From NCBI GenBank assembly GCA_965208835.1, contig OZ242358.1, forward strand, positions 1,408,001-1,472,000: a stretch of 64,000 bases of DNA. The letters are read 5' to 3'. The notes under the pieces are model-generated. The model was not told the origin of the DNA, ran no database searches, and was given only the letters and a program-made list of their open reading frames with translations. This stretch comes from Candidatus Latescibacterota bacterium. GTDB taxonomy: Bacteria > Latescibacterota > UBA2968 > GCA-2709665. A program made the position numbers and the translations under genes. Shown in pieces: positions 1 through 9,546 of this stretch (the first letter of the stretch is position 1; every line of letters starts with the position of its first letter).

Positions 1-1757
1 CTCTCGAAACCGTCCACCCCCGCCACCCCGGCCATATAGGTGTGTTGTGAAGCGAAAGGGTCTTTCCGAAAGCCGAAATACTGCCGGCTATGGAGCGCGC
101 CCACGTACACGGTCAGGTCAGGATCAATCATGAATATTGGCAGATTACCCGTCCGCTTGCCCCAATCCAGCGCGTACCTTGCATTCGGCGTATGGGTTCC
201 GTGAGGCCGTTTGTAAGAGCGGTCGTCGATCTCCGCTCCCCGGCCCGCAACGAACCGGTTCTTCCCGCGTGAATCGTAAAACCAGGTTTTCGAGGCGCCG
301 GCACGGGATGAATTCGAGAGCGTGTCGTCCCCGCCGCCGCCGTTGATGCGGACGACAATCCGCGCCTTTGTTCCAGTGACCTCCGCGCGGTCATCTCCTC
401 CACGAAGGTGTATTCGGACTTCCCGGGTTTCTTCGTGGCGGAACCTGCGCAGGAAATAAGGCGCCTTCCTTTCTCCGCTACCGCCTTCCATCAGACCGAT
501 ACGTACTTCGAGATCGCCACCCGGCGTGTGTTCGCACTGGATGTACTCGTCCTGATCGGTCGCCTTGATTCCGACCTCGCGGTTTATCAACCGATAGTAC
601 CTGTTGGCGAAATCAGGCAGTGCGTCCCGCCTCGACTTGAGCGCCCGGGTGAGGGATTCGCCTGCCATCGCGTAATACGGCGGCGGCAGCCTCCGCACGG
701 CGTTTTCGATGACCGCGTCGGGCAGCTCCCTGCGAAATGCCGATACGACCGAATCCCATGCGGCCCTATCGAGTTCGGCCAGGAATTCGCGATCTATTTC
801 CCATCCGGTCATCGTCAGGCCGATCAGATTGGGATACGTCTCCTTGAACTTGATCTGGATCGGGAAACGCCTCCGCGCGATTGTCATGGCGGCCCCTTCG
901 AAGTGGATGAAGGCCTGGTCCCGGTCCTCCGGAATCGGAAGCCAGGTGTAACAGTCTCCATCGGGAAACCGCGCCCATCTCCACTGTCCGTAGTGGCGGT
1001 CTTTGTCGTTGACGAGGAAATCCATCAGTCTCGCTTTCAGGAAAGCACGGGCATCCACGCGGTCGCAGGGGCTTTTTTCCAGGTGTTTCATCAGTTTGTC
1101 CGTACCACTGACCTTCCTGGAGCCCGCGAACCCAGGCGCGTCGTCCTTACCTTCTGACGGGTGCTCCTGCAACATACCTATGAGGCCTGCAAAGCGGCCG
1201 CGGTAATCTTTCAATCTCGGATCATCCGGAATGACGACGAGTGTATGCCTGGAATGCAGGATCCCGGTGGCCTCCATCAGCGGATCGACCACGAGCGCTC
1301 CCGTTGGCAGCATCGCACAGATCAGATCGTGAAGGACGTCTCCCACGACCGTATTCGCGATTTCGTCGGGCACCCTTCTGGTCGCATCCTTATCCAGCGA
1401 GCGAACGGTGTACCTGCGCCCGTCCCGTCCCGTAAAGTGCAGTGAGATGGATTGTCCGAATCCGCCCGTGCGAAGCGGTGTCAGGCCTCCCCCCACGCTG
1501 TCGAGGTCGAGAACCGCAATCTCGATAGGGGTATTCCATAGGTCCCGGTAATTATCACCGTAGAACCAGCGTTTGAATCCGTCTGCGCGGAATCTTTCAC
1601 CTGGGATCACCGTATGGCTTTTCGCGTCGGGCGGGGGCACGGAACGGTGAATCCTGGACCCCGGCGCCTGTGATTCCTTCTGAGATGCGGATGCTGCCGG
1701 AATGGAAAGGGCGAACACGAGCAGCAGAAAGAGTGGGTTCCGCCTGGAAAGTACCAT
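1..1757 (-). CDS. Partial (runs off window start) secreted Omp85/BamA-TamA-associated protein with an atypical kinase-like domain
   Basis: Absent from the ORF track; read by hand. ATG at 1757 after AAAGGAAAG; signal peptide MVLSRRNPLFLLLVFALSIPAASA; motifs YRDLWNTPI, GGGLTPLRTGGFGQS, DFLVNDKDRHYGQWRW, PEDRDQAF, RGGDD, GGGGDD, GFRKDPF as in FCB 'metallo-Omp85'-type proteins. The barrel presumably lies beyond the window edge. Confidence 0.75.
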   Translation of the reverse strand, partial: MVLSRRNPLFLLLVFALSIPAASASQKESQAPGSRIHRSVPPPDAKSHTVIPGERFRADGFKRWFYGDNYRDLWNTPIEIAVLDLDSVGGGLTPLRTGGFGQSISLHFTGRDGRRYTVRSLDKDATRRVPDEIANTVVGDVLHDLICAMLPTGALVVDPLMEATGILHSRHTLVVIPDDPRLKDYRGRFAGLIGMLQEHPSEGKDDAPGFAGSRKVSGTDKLMKHLEKSPCDRVDARAFLKARLMDFLVNDKDRHYGQWRWARFPDGDCYTWLPIPEDRDQAFIHFEGAAMTIARRRFPIQIKFKETYPNLIGLTMTGWEIDREFLAELDRAAWDSVVSAFRRELPDAVIENAVRRLPPPYYAMAGESLTRALKSRRDALPDFANRYYRLINREVGIKATDQDEYIQCEHTPGGDLEVRIGLMEGGSGERKAPYFLRRFRHEETREVRIHLRGGDDRAEVTGTKARIVVRINGGGGDDTLSNSSRAGASKTWFYDSRGKNRFVAGRGAEIDDRSYKRPHGTHTPNARYALDWGKRTGNLPIFMIDPDLTVYVGALHSRQYFGFRKDPFASQHTYMAGVAGVDGFE

Positions 1758-1854
1758 TGCTTTCCTTTGTGTTTCAGGGTGGTTCAGGCAGCATGAAACT
1801 GTCCGAAGGTTGTCTTGGCAGCCGTGCAATTGCGGACATTAGTGATCCTGCATG

Positions 1855-4104
1855 TTAGAACCCAAATCCGATTGCCGCATTGATCTTGATGTCCTTTTCC
1901 TGCGTACTTACAATATCAATGCGAATGGGTCCCAGGAGCGATGTATTGACATAGCCCCCGACACCGAAACCGTGGATGGGGGTGAAATCCTCCTCCGAAC
2001 TTGAGCTCATATCATAGAGTCCGCCCTGATAGAAAATTCCGATGCCACTGCGCGGGAGGGATTCCCAAAATTTGACATGTCTCCACACGGACAGGCCTAC
2101 CGATGCGAACCTGGGAACCCTCAATTCATCCCGTTTGAGTCCGACGACCGGCAACGCCGCGCTGCTGAAATGCCCCGCACCGCCCAACGGGAAGAATTCA
2201 AATACCGGTGCATCCTGTGTAACGTAGCCTCCATGGGACGAGAGGCCCACGCTCCATCGGGACTGTGGACTGACGAAGAACGCAAGTTGGGTTTGAATCT
2301 GCTTGTGGGAAAACGTCCGGTGGATCCACTTTGCGCGGGTCTGAAAGTAGACGCCCTTCGTTGGCACCATCGAGTCGTCTCGCGTGTCAATCCCCGCGGA
2401 TAACCACAATCCGGGCAGGAATTCGGATGCATCGCCTATCGAACGAGTGGCATAGCGGACTCGGGCGTGTTCCACCTGGTATCCTGCCTGGAAACCACCC
2501 CAGCTGTGAAACAATCTCTGTAATCCAAGTCGGGAGCGAAAACGTCTTTCCTCATATCCGCCCTCTCGCTGCCGATTTCGAAAATACAAACGGTCCTGGT
2601 CCCATGCCTGGACCTCCCCGAGCAGGCCGAGACGCCCGGTGGTCCGGAAAATCATGACCATTTCGGCGAAGTTCAAATTTCCCAGCAGGCCGCGAAGGTG
2701 GAGTTCCGATATGCGGCCAAGTGTACTCAGATGCGCAATCTCGCCGAGCACCGAAACCCGGTAATCGTTGTTGTAATGAATCCCCACTTTCAACTCGCTG
2801 GGGGGGTTTTCCAGCACGTGAAAGACCAATTCGGTCTGTCCTTCATGATAGGTAACGTGGAAATCGACGGTCTGAAACAATCCGGTCGCGTGCAACCGGC
2901 CGCACTCACGTTCCAGCTCCTGAAAGGAAATTGGCTTATTGACGAATTTCTCCAGCCGCACCTTGAACAGGGTCTCTGAATAGCGCTTTACGCCTTCTAT
3001 CCGAACCCTGTCGACCACGACGTCCGGCGGTATATCCGCCCACGTATTGACATCGAACTCAACGGGCAATCTGGACGTTCTCGGTTTGCCGACGCGTTTT
3101 GGTACTCCAAGTGTCCGCAATGCGTTTCGTATCGCATCCATTTGTTCTTCGGCTGCTGTTTCGCCAATTGGAATCAGGGTATACGAACGGTTGAAGTCGC
3201 CGCCGTCGAAGTTATCCAGTTTGGGCAATATCAACACGTGGGAGCGTTTTCGGTTCTCGATTTTTCTTTCTTCGATTCGAAAACTGACCGCCTGATCGAT
3301 GACGTCGATTATATCCTGAATTTCCTCCTTCAGAGTACGCAGGGGCGTGGCGCAATCCACGGCAATGACAAAATCGGCGCCGGCTTCCAATGCGACGTCC
3401 ACGGGCAGATTATTGACGATGCCGCCATCCACGAGATGGGTATGTTCCGTACTCAGCGGCGCAAATACCCCTGGAACCGAAATACTGGCCCTGATCGCAG
3501 CACCGAGAGAGCCATTGTGGATCACGACCTGTTCTCCGGACAGAATGTCGGTTGCGATTGCGCGGAAGGGCGTGGGAAGTCGATCGAAGTCGTTGCGCGC
3601 CCTGTAGGTTGCGCCAAGCGTGAGTTGATTGAGGAATTGATGTATCTTCTGTCCGGCGAAGATTCCATAAGGCAATTTCAGTTTCAGCTCTTCCAGGTGT
3701 AATGCAAGCATCTGACGGTCGGCCATCGCTTTGCGGTTCATGTTCGACAGGCGGCGGTCCGGGCTGTTGCTGGTGATCTCCCACCAGTCGGTTTCCAGGA
3801 TCACCCGCTGGAGATCGTCAACGGAATATCCCGCGGCGTACAGCCCCCCGACCAGGGCGCCATAACTTACGCCAACAATCATATCTATAGGTACGCCTTC
3901 GCGTTCCAGTACGCGCAGCACGCCGATATGCGCGCCTCCCCGCGCGCCGCCTCCACTGAGTACAAGCGCAACCTTCGGCCTCTGTTCCGCAAACGAGGGT
4001 TGTGCGCCGAACACGGGAAGCGCGCAACACAGAAATATCAGGCTTCGGAAAAACGGACCCCTGGTCTTCCCGTATTCAGTATTGTGTAATTTACCTGCCG
4101 TCAT
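1855..4104 (-). CDS. Patatin-like phospholipase with POTRA domain and Omp85 beta-barrel (PlpD, type Vd autotransporter-like)
   Basis: Signal peptide; LSGGGARG oxyanion motif, GVSYG nucleophile, DGG; POTRA-like segment; barrel ending in GFGF. Confidence 0.9.
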   Translation of the reverse strand: MTAGKLHNTEYGKTRGPFFRSLIFLCCALPVFGAQPSFAEQRPKVALVLSGGGARGGAHIGVLRVLEREGVPIDMIVGVSYGALVGGLYAAGYSVDDLQRVILETDWWEITSNSPDRRLSNMNRKAMADRQMLALHLEELKLKLPYGIFAGQKIHQFLNQLTLGATYRARNDFDRLPTPFRAIATDILSGEQVVIHNGSLGAAIRASISVPGVFAPLSTEHTHLVDGGIVNNLPVDVALEAGADFVIAVDCATPLRTLKEEIQDIIDVIDQAVSFRIEERKIENRKRSHVLILPKLDNFDGGDFNRSYTLIPIGETAAEEQMDAIRNALRTLGVPKRVGKPRTSRLPVEFDVNTWADIPPDVVVDRVRIEGVKRYSETLFKVRLEKFVNKPISFQELERECGRLHATGLFQTVDFHVTYHEGQTELVFHVLENPPSELKVGIHYNNDYRVSVLGEIAHLSTLGRISELHLRGLLGNLNFAEMVMIFRTTGRLGLLGEVQAWDQDRLYFRNRQREGGYEERRFRSRLGLQRLFHSWGGFQAGYQVEHARVRYATRSIGDASEFLPGLWLSAGIDTRDDSMVPTKGVYFQTRAKWIHRTFSHKQIQTQLAFFVSPQSRWSVGLSSHGGYVTQDAPVFEFFPLGGAGHFSSAALPVVGLKRDELRVPRFASVGLSVWRHVKFWESLPRSGIGIFYQGGLYDMSSSSEEDFTPIHGFGVGGYVNTSLLGPIRIDIVSTQEKDIKINAAIGFGF

Positions 4105-4656
4105 ACAGTTCCATAGCAGTAGATGGTTTCAGCCGCCATATAGTCTACACGTGACGATACCGATCCAGACGGTCCGCCGGGCCGTTGCAGGACACGCACT
4201 CACAGATTGTGGGTTGCCCACCGGTCGGTTGCGTTCGTATCCTGAATTCAGCGCTTCGAACCCGGTCAGTTGGGACGCAGCCGGACTGGGAACACAGTTG
4301 GCAGGCCTGTCCAACGGTTCGGATTCTGCGCACTGTCGTGCGACCTTGCGAGTGTGTGGAACCAGGTCAGATTGAACGACAGGCTGGACACTCATCAAAA
4401 GCGCTTGCATTTGGACGAAACGGAGTGCGATATATTTAACACCAATAGAATCATACAAAAACGTCCATGATGTCAAGTATGAAGGCTTGTCCTCCCGTAC
4501 AAAACTTGGCCTGGACTCCACTTTTTTGCGATTTTTCGCCGATTGATTCGATTTTTCGACTTGCAAAGCACTCTTGTTTGTGACTGATTCACAGGTCGCC
4601 TGTCCGGCACGTTGAATCGGTCCCGCCATTCGCCAAAGCCGACATTTGCCTCAATC

Positions 4657-4937
4657 CCAAATAAACAGCAACGCGGCAACGCGATAAAACCCTCCGAAAC
4701 GGGGCAATATCGACGTATAGAAGGACGTTTTTTCCTTCACGTCCAGTGACCTGGTGTATCCTGGTAATCCGCCGTTTAATCGCCTTTGTTTACCCGAATT
4801 CAAAAAATACTGCAACCGGGCGTCGTGATAAAATCCTCCTAAACAGGGTGTTAACGTCGTATGGAAGGACATCATTTCAGTTGACGTCCAGCAACCTGGT
4901 GTATCCTGGTAATCTGCAGTTTAATCGCCTTTATCAA
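4657..4937. repeat. Two-copy tandem repeat, period 144-145 bp, each unit closed by an inverted repeat
   Basis: ACCTGGTGTATCCTGGTAATC is identical at 4749 and 4894; GTTTAATCGCCTTT is in both units; GCGATAAAACCCTCC (4681) matches GTGATAAAATCCTCC (4825). Confidence 0.9.
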
Positions 4938-5054
4938 CTTGCACATATACGAACTAACGTCACCGAAAAACGACGAATCCTGGTTAACAAGCACATATTC
5001 GAATTAACGTCCCCGAAGACTTACGAATCAAGGTTAGTCGCAAGGAGCCAAGTC

Positions 5055-8000
5055 ATGGTCAATCTGGCGCTATTCAGCAACGGCAGCAGGCCGCACGTGA
5101 GCAGCATCGCGTACAACCACCATGCATCCAGGATCAACGATGGAGTCAGGCCCGGCAACGAAGCCTCCACGAGCGACACGGCCTGGGCCTCGGCAACGGA
5201 GCGACTGCCGCATTGGGCGGCGGTTGTGTTTCCCGGGGCTGCCCGGATTGAGCGGGTTGAGATTTACTGGGGGAGGGGGCGTATGCCCGAGTCCTCCCGA
5301 TTGGTCGTGGTTCAGGGCTGGGCTGAAGGCGCCTGGATTTCCATCGCGACTGCGCGGATTCCAGAGCCGGAGCCAAAGACCGTGTTGTCATTCGACCCCG
5401 TGCAGGTGGAGGCCGTACGCATATGGCAGAACGACGATGGAGGCACGGAGTCGACGCCGGGCCGCATGCATGTGGCGCAGCTTGAGGCATACGGCGGCTT
5501 CATGGCAGGTGAGCCGGTGGATTATCTGAAGATCCGGGATGCGCTCCGAGAGGAATGGGAGGACAATTTTCATGAGGCAAGGAGGGAGATCACCCGGGAG
5601 GTGTTGGATCGAATCGAACGGTCGCCCGTCGAGCGTCCGGGGGTCGGGCCGGTGGGCGCGGAAGAAATCGCCCGGGCACGGCGGAACCGGGTTGCGACGG
5701 CGTGGGGCAGGGCGCAGGCGGAGAAAATCCTGAAGGACGCGTCGTGGTGGCTCGACAAGGACGATGAGTTTATCTACCGGATGATACCCACGCAGAATCC
5801 TCGCGCGATCTCGCCCAGCTACGAGCGGGGCTGTCCAATCCACGGAGGCGGACGCAAATGCATGCGGACGAACACCTCGCTGGAGTACCGCTGGCAGTGC
5901 GTAATCGGAGGAGAGTGGTGGTACAACGGGGCGGTTGTACACAATCCGGCTACGGGTGAGCCGGTGGAGGTGTGGGATGACGATGACGGCTGGATCGCGC
6001 CCGAGGGTTTCGCCAACCCGGGGACAATTTATCACTTCAATTCAGCGTGGCGATACTACGTTTTATCGAAGCTGTTCTTTCATCCCTACGAGATGACGAT
6101 CGCTTCCCAGGATGCCTATGCCGGCGGCACGGCTGTGCTTCAGCTGTCACGCGCCTTCGCAATCACCGGCGATGACCGGTATGCGCATATAGCCGGTGTC
6201 ATGCTGAATCGGCTGGCGGAGGTCTACCGGTTCTACAATGGCACGGTTGACGAACAACGTCCGCTCACGCGCGGCTACCTGGTGCAGGTGAGCTGGGAAG
6301 AGATGCCGATATACAACTGTATGACGGCATACGGCCTGGTAATGGACTCGATGCTGAAGGACGACGCACTCCTGGAGTTCTTCAAGTCGAAAGGCGATTG
6401 CGACTACAACCGCGACGGGTGTGTGGATTTCGAGGATATCCGTTACAATATCCGGCATAATCTGTTCGGCTACATGTACGAGTGGCTTCACCGGGCCATG
6501 GCGATTCAGACGGGGGACTACATTATCCGTGAGGGCATGGTACTCTGGGCGCTGGGCGAAGTGCTCGGCAACGAGGAAATGGTCGATGAGGCCATCGAAA
6601 GCCGGTACGGACTGGCCGTAAATCTGACCAACAATACATTCAGGGACGGCAAATGGTGGTACGATGCACCCGGTTACTCGGTGAGTTCGATTACGCGGAC
6701 GATTCTGGATCGCCTGTTCTCGATGAAGGGCACGGACCGGCTACGGGATTCCCGCCTTCGAATCCGGGAGTCCATAGAGTTCGCCCGTGACATCTACTGC
6801 GACGGCAGGATTCCCACAATCGGCGATACCGGCGGCGGCGACTTGAGGATCAAGGTGCTGGATCCGCTGGCCAATTGCGATGTTGAAGAACTGGCATATG
6901 TCCACACGGGGGACGACGAATATCGGAACCGTCTGCTCGCGATGTCGGAAGGGGACGTGGACGGGATCAGACAGCGGTACGCCGATGCCAACCTGCTGTT
7001 TCATGCGGAGCCGATTCGAGGGACAACCGGGCCGTACGTGCCGCGTACGACAATCTTTCACGATTCGGGAATCGCGATCCTGAGAACGGGACACGATATC
7101 GCGACGAGGAAGCACCTCGTATTGAATTACGGGAAGGGCAGCAGCGGGCACGGACACCGGGACAAGCTGTCGATCAACCTGATCACCTTCGGGTACGATC
7201 TCGCGTGCGACCTGGGGTATCCGACGACCTTTACCCACGACAAGGTGGACGGCTGGGAAAAGCATACCGCCAGCCATGCTACCGTCTGCATCGACGGGCG
7301 GGCTCAGGAGATCGCCACGGGCAGCCTTTGGTTCATCGGCCGTACGCCGGGAATGCAGGCCGTCTGCGCAACGGGAGATCGGGCGTATCCCGCATGCGCC
7401 GAGGTTTACGAACGGACGCTCGTGATGGTGGATGCGCCCGGCTCTGACGCCTATGTCGTGGACGTGTTCCGTGTTGGTGGGGGATCCACGCACGACTATT
7501 TGTTCCGGAGTCTGAGCGGGGATGACGGTGAGAATCTCAGCCTGGAATTCCCGCCGGGCACTGCGACCGTGCGTCAGATGCGAGGTACCGCCGCGGGCGA
7601 AGACGTTGCATTCGGGTCATCACCGGGCCTGGGATACATCAAGGACGTAAGCCGGACAGCGTGCGATCGCGAATGGTCTGCGACGTGGCGTGCGGGGGAC
7701 GAGGAGAATACGGGTATCCGGCTGACGATGATCGGGCAGTCCGGAAGCGAGATTGTAAACGGCAAGGGAGAAGGATTCGGGTTTTTCGGTCAGAGTCCCT
7801 GGGACGCCACTGTGGCGGTCAGACAATCGGGCGGCGGCGAGTCGATTTTCATGGGCGTGCTGGAGCCGTTCCAGGGGGACCCGTTCGTCAGGTCGGTGGA
7901 AGCGTTGGACGTCTCCGGCGGCATCGGCGCGAAGATCCGCCTCGATGGACGAGTCGATTACGTGTTGCGCAGGTTGGAAAAGGATGCGGTCTGCACCGCG

Positions 8001-8693
8001 GAGGTCGACGGGGCGCCCGTGGTTTTCGACGCGGAGGTGGCGAGGATCAGCGTGTACGTGTCGGGCCGGCGCGACCTGCAGATCGTTCAGGGTACCCGGT
8101 TGCGATCTGGCGAGGAAGTCCTCGAAGGCGCAGACTTGCCGTCCGGCCGGGTGGAAGCCGTCGATCCGGACCGCCGGTCCGTCATTGTGACCCTGGATTC
8201 CGGTAACGGGATTGCGAAGGGGGATGTGATCGTCTTCAGGAATCCGGCCTTCACCTGTAATTCCAGCTACGAAGTCGTCGCCGCTGAAGCGATGGACGGG
8301 AACCGGGCCAGGTTGGGATTGCACATGTCGTTCAATCTTTCGGAGGGCGTGGTGCAATCCATGAACCGGGCGAGAGGCCTGTTTGCGACGGACACGTGTA
8401 TGACTAAGCTTAGAGCATGTCCGGGGCTATTTGACGGAAAGACGGTCCGCTCGGAGGGAAGGGCCGTCGGTGCGATCGAGACGGCGGGTCCCGATATCCT
8501 GAAGGAGGAAGAGCGTTGGTTCGCGACAAGGTTGGCAGACGGAGCGTCGGCGACCGGAACGATGACTTATTTCCGGTTCAACGATCCACGCTCGGTTTCC
8601 GGCCTGAACGTGGGAGACCGGTTTATGGTATGCGATCTGAATGAGGGCGATCGGTTCGAGGTCATGCGATCGGCTTACAGGACCATCACGTAG
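5055..8693 (+). CDS. Heparinase II/III-family polysaccharide lyase-like protein with N-terminal discoidin (F5/8)-like domain
   Basis: Start moved to ATG 5055 (SD AAGGAG at 5042); GHGHRDKLS, DLGYP and HTASHATVCIDG motifs; N-terminal INDG..WAS..HWAAV..RVEIYW discoidin pattern. Confidence 0.8.
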   Translation: MVNLALFSNGSRPHVSSIAYNHHASRINDGVRPGNEASTSDTAWASATERLPHWAAVVFPGAARIERVEIYWGRGRMPESSRLVVVQGWAEGAWISIATARIPEPEPKTVLSFDPVQVEAVRIWQNDDGGTESTPGRMHVAQLEAYGGFMAGEPVDYLKIRDALREEWEDNFHEARREITREVLDRIERSPVERPGVGPVGAEEIARARRNRVATAWGRAQAEKILKDASWWLDKDDEFIYRMIPTQNPRAISPSYERGCPIHGGGRKCMRTNTSLEYRWQCVIGGEWWYNGAVVHNPATGEPVEVWDDDDGWIAPEGFANPGTIYHFNSAWRYYVLSKLFFHPYEMTIASQDAYAGGTAVLQLSRAFAITGDDRYAHIAGVMLNRLAEVYRFYNGTVDEQRPLTRGYLVQVSWEEMPIYNCMTAYGLVMDSMLKDDALLEFFKSKGDCDYNRDGCVDFEDIRYNIRHNLFGYMYEWLHRAMAIQTGDYIIREGMVLWALGEVLGNEEMVDEAIESRYGLAVNLTNNTFRDGKWWYDAPGYSVSSITRTILDRLFSMKGTDRLRDSRLRIRESIEFARDIYCDGRIPTIGDTGGGDLRIKVLDPLANCDVEELAYVHTGDDEYRNRLLAMSEGDVDGIRQRYADANLLFHAEPIRGTTGPYVPRTTIFHDSGIAILRTGHDIATRKHLVLNYGKGSSGHGHRDKLSINLITFGYDLACDLGYPTTFTHDKVDGWEKHTASHATVCIDGRAQEIATGSLWFIGRTPGMQAVCATGDRAYPACAEVYERTLVMVDAPGSDAYVVDVFRVGGGSTHDYLFRSLSGDDGENLSLEFPPGTATVRQMRGTAAGEDVAFGSSPGLGYIKDVSRTACDREWSATWRAGDEENTGIRLTMIGQSGSEIVNGKGEGFGFFGQSPWDATVAVRQSGGGESIFMGVLEPFQGDPFVRSVEALDVSGGIGAKIRLDGRVDYVLRRLEKDAVCTAEVDGAPVVFDAEVARISVYVSGRRDLQIVQGTRLRSGEEVLEGADLPSGRVEAVDPDRRSVIVTLDSGNGIAKGDVIVFRNPAFTCNSSYEVVAAEAMDGNRARLGLHMSFNLSEGVVQSMNRARGLFATDTCMTKLRACPGLFDGKTVRSEGRAVGAIETAGPDILKEEERWFATRLADGASATGTMTYFRFNDPRSVSGLNVGDRFMVCDLNEGDRFEVMRSAYRTIT

Positions 8694-8856
8694 ATATCGA
8701 CTCCGACAAAAAAATGGCCATTACCAGAGGCCCCAAGGTAGTGGCATATGCGGGCTGAGGATCGACTGAACGATTTTCAGGTGCCGCTTAAGGTTGGCTA
8801 CCTCTGGTGCCTGGGCAATGGCTTGCTAAAAAAGATAGACCGGCGAGAATGGGATG

Positions 8857-9546
8857 TCAACGAGAATAATTACGCGAGGGGTCGGGTGTTCGTAGATGTT
8901 GGTCGTCATGGTTCCGGATTCCTGAAGCCCTGATGAGACTGCCCAGGTTTCGGGTTGCGGCCTCGGGGTCGGCCTGGCAGCAGACGGCCGATATGACGGC
9001 AATGCCGTGGGCCCCTGACCTCACCACGTCTGCCGCGTTGCCCGCGCCGATGCCGCCGATGGCAATCACGGGCGCCCGGACGGCGCGGGCGAAATCAGCC
9101 AGCACTTCGAGCCCCTGCGCGACGCCCGCGTCGCTCTTGGAGCCGGTTGGAAAGATGGGTCCGAAACCCACGTAATCCGCGCCGTCGCTGATGCCCTGCC
9201 GCGCTTCATCCAGGTTCCCGGCGGATACGCCGATGACCCGCCCCGCGCCAAGGAGATTTCTGGCCAGCGCAACCGGGAAGTCGTCCTGGCCCAGGTGAAC
9301 GCCGTCGGCCTCAGCGGCGAGGGCCACGTCGACTCTGTCGTTGACGATGAGGGGGACACCCGACTCAGCGCAGATGTCGCACATCGCCCGGGCGGTCTCG
9401 ATCATCCCGCGGGTATCTCCGCTTTTCTGGCGGTACTGCACGGCGTCCGCGCCGCCGGCGACGGCCATCCGCGCCAGGTCGGCGTGGGTGTGGCGGGACT
9501 GCAGAACGGTGTCGGTGAGAACGTGGAGGGCGCCGATTTTCTTCAT
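8857..9546 (-). CDS. thiE: Thiamine-phosphate synthase
   Basis: QYRQK, IVNDRVD, GVHLGQDD, GPIFPTGSK and AIGGI motifs; last gene of the thi operon. Confidence 0.93.
   Translation of the reverse strand: MKKIGALHVLTDTVLQSRHTHADLARMAVAGGADAVQYRQKSGDTRGMIETARAMCDICAESGVPLIVNDRVDVALAAEADGVHLGQDDFPVALARNLLGAGRVIGVSAGNLDEARQGISDGADYVGFGPIFPTGSKSDAGVAQGLEVLADFARAVRAPVIAIGGIGAGNAADVVRSGAHGIAVISAVCCQADPEAATRNLGSLIRASGIRNHDDQHLRTPDPSRNYSR

Noticed and set aside
408-1445. Plus-strand ORFs of 249 and 94 aa
   Set aside because: Antisense shadows of the minus-strand Omp85-type gene.
4193-4358. 6S RNA call
   Set aside because: Size fits, but no recognisable central bubble or conserved motifs; kept only as an unassigned hairpin.
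4651-4875. 74-aa ORF with an internal repeat (GGFY twice)
   Set aside because: By-product of the DNA repeat; no SD, and a 1-nt indel between units argues against coding selection.
4657-4937. CRISPR array or integron attC sites
   Set aside because: Only two units, the inter-core sequences are homologous rather than unique spacers, no cas or intI gene, and ends do not fit RYYYAAC..GTTRRRY.
4746-5054. N-terminal 103-aa extension of the heparinase-like ORF
   Set aside because: Runs through the non-coding repeat; a strong SD precedes ATG 5055.
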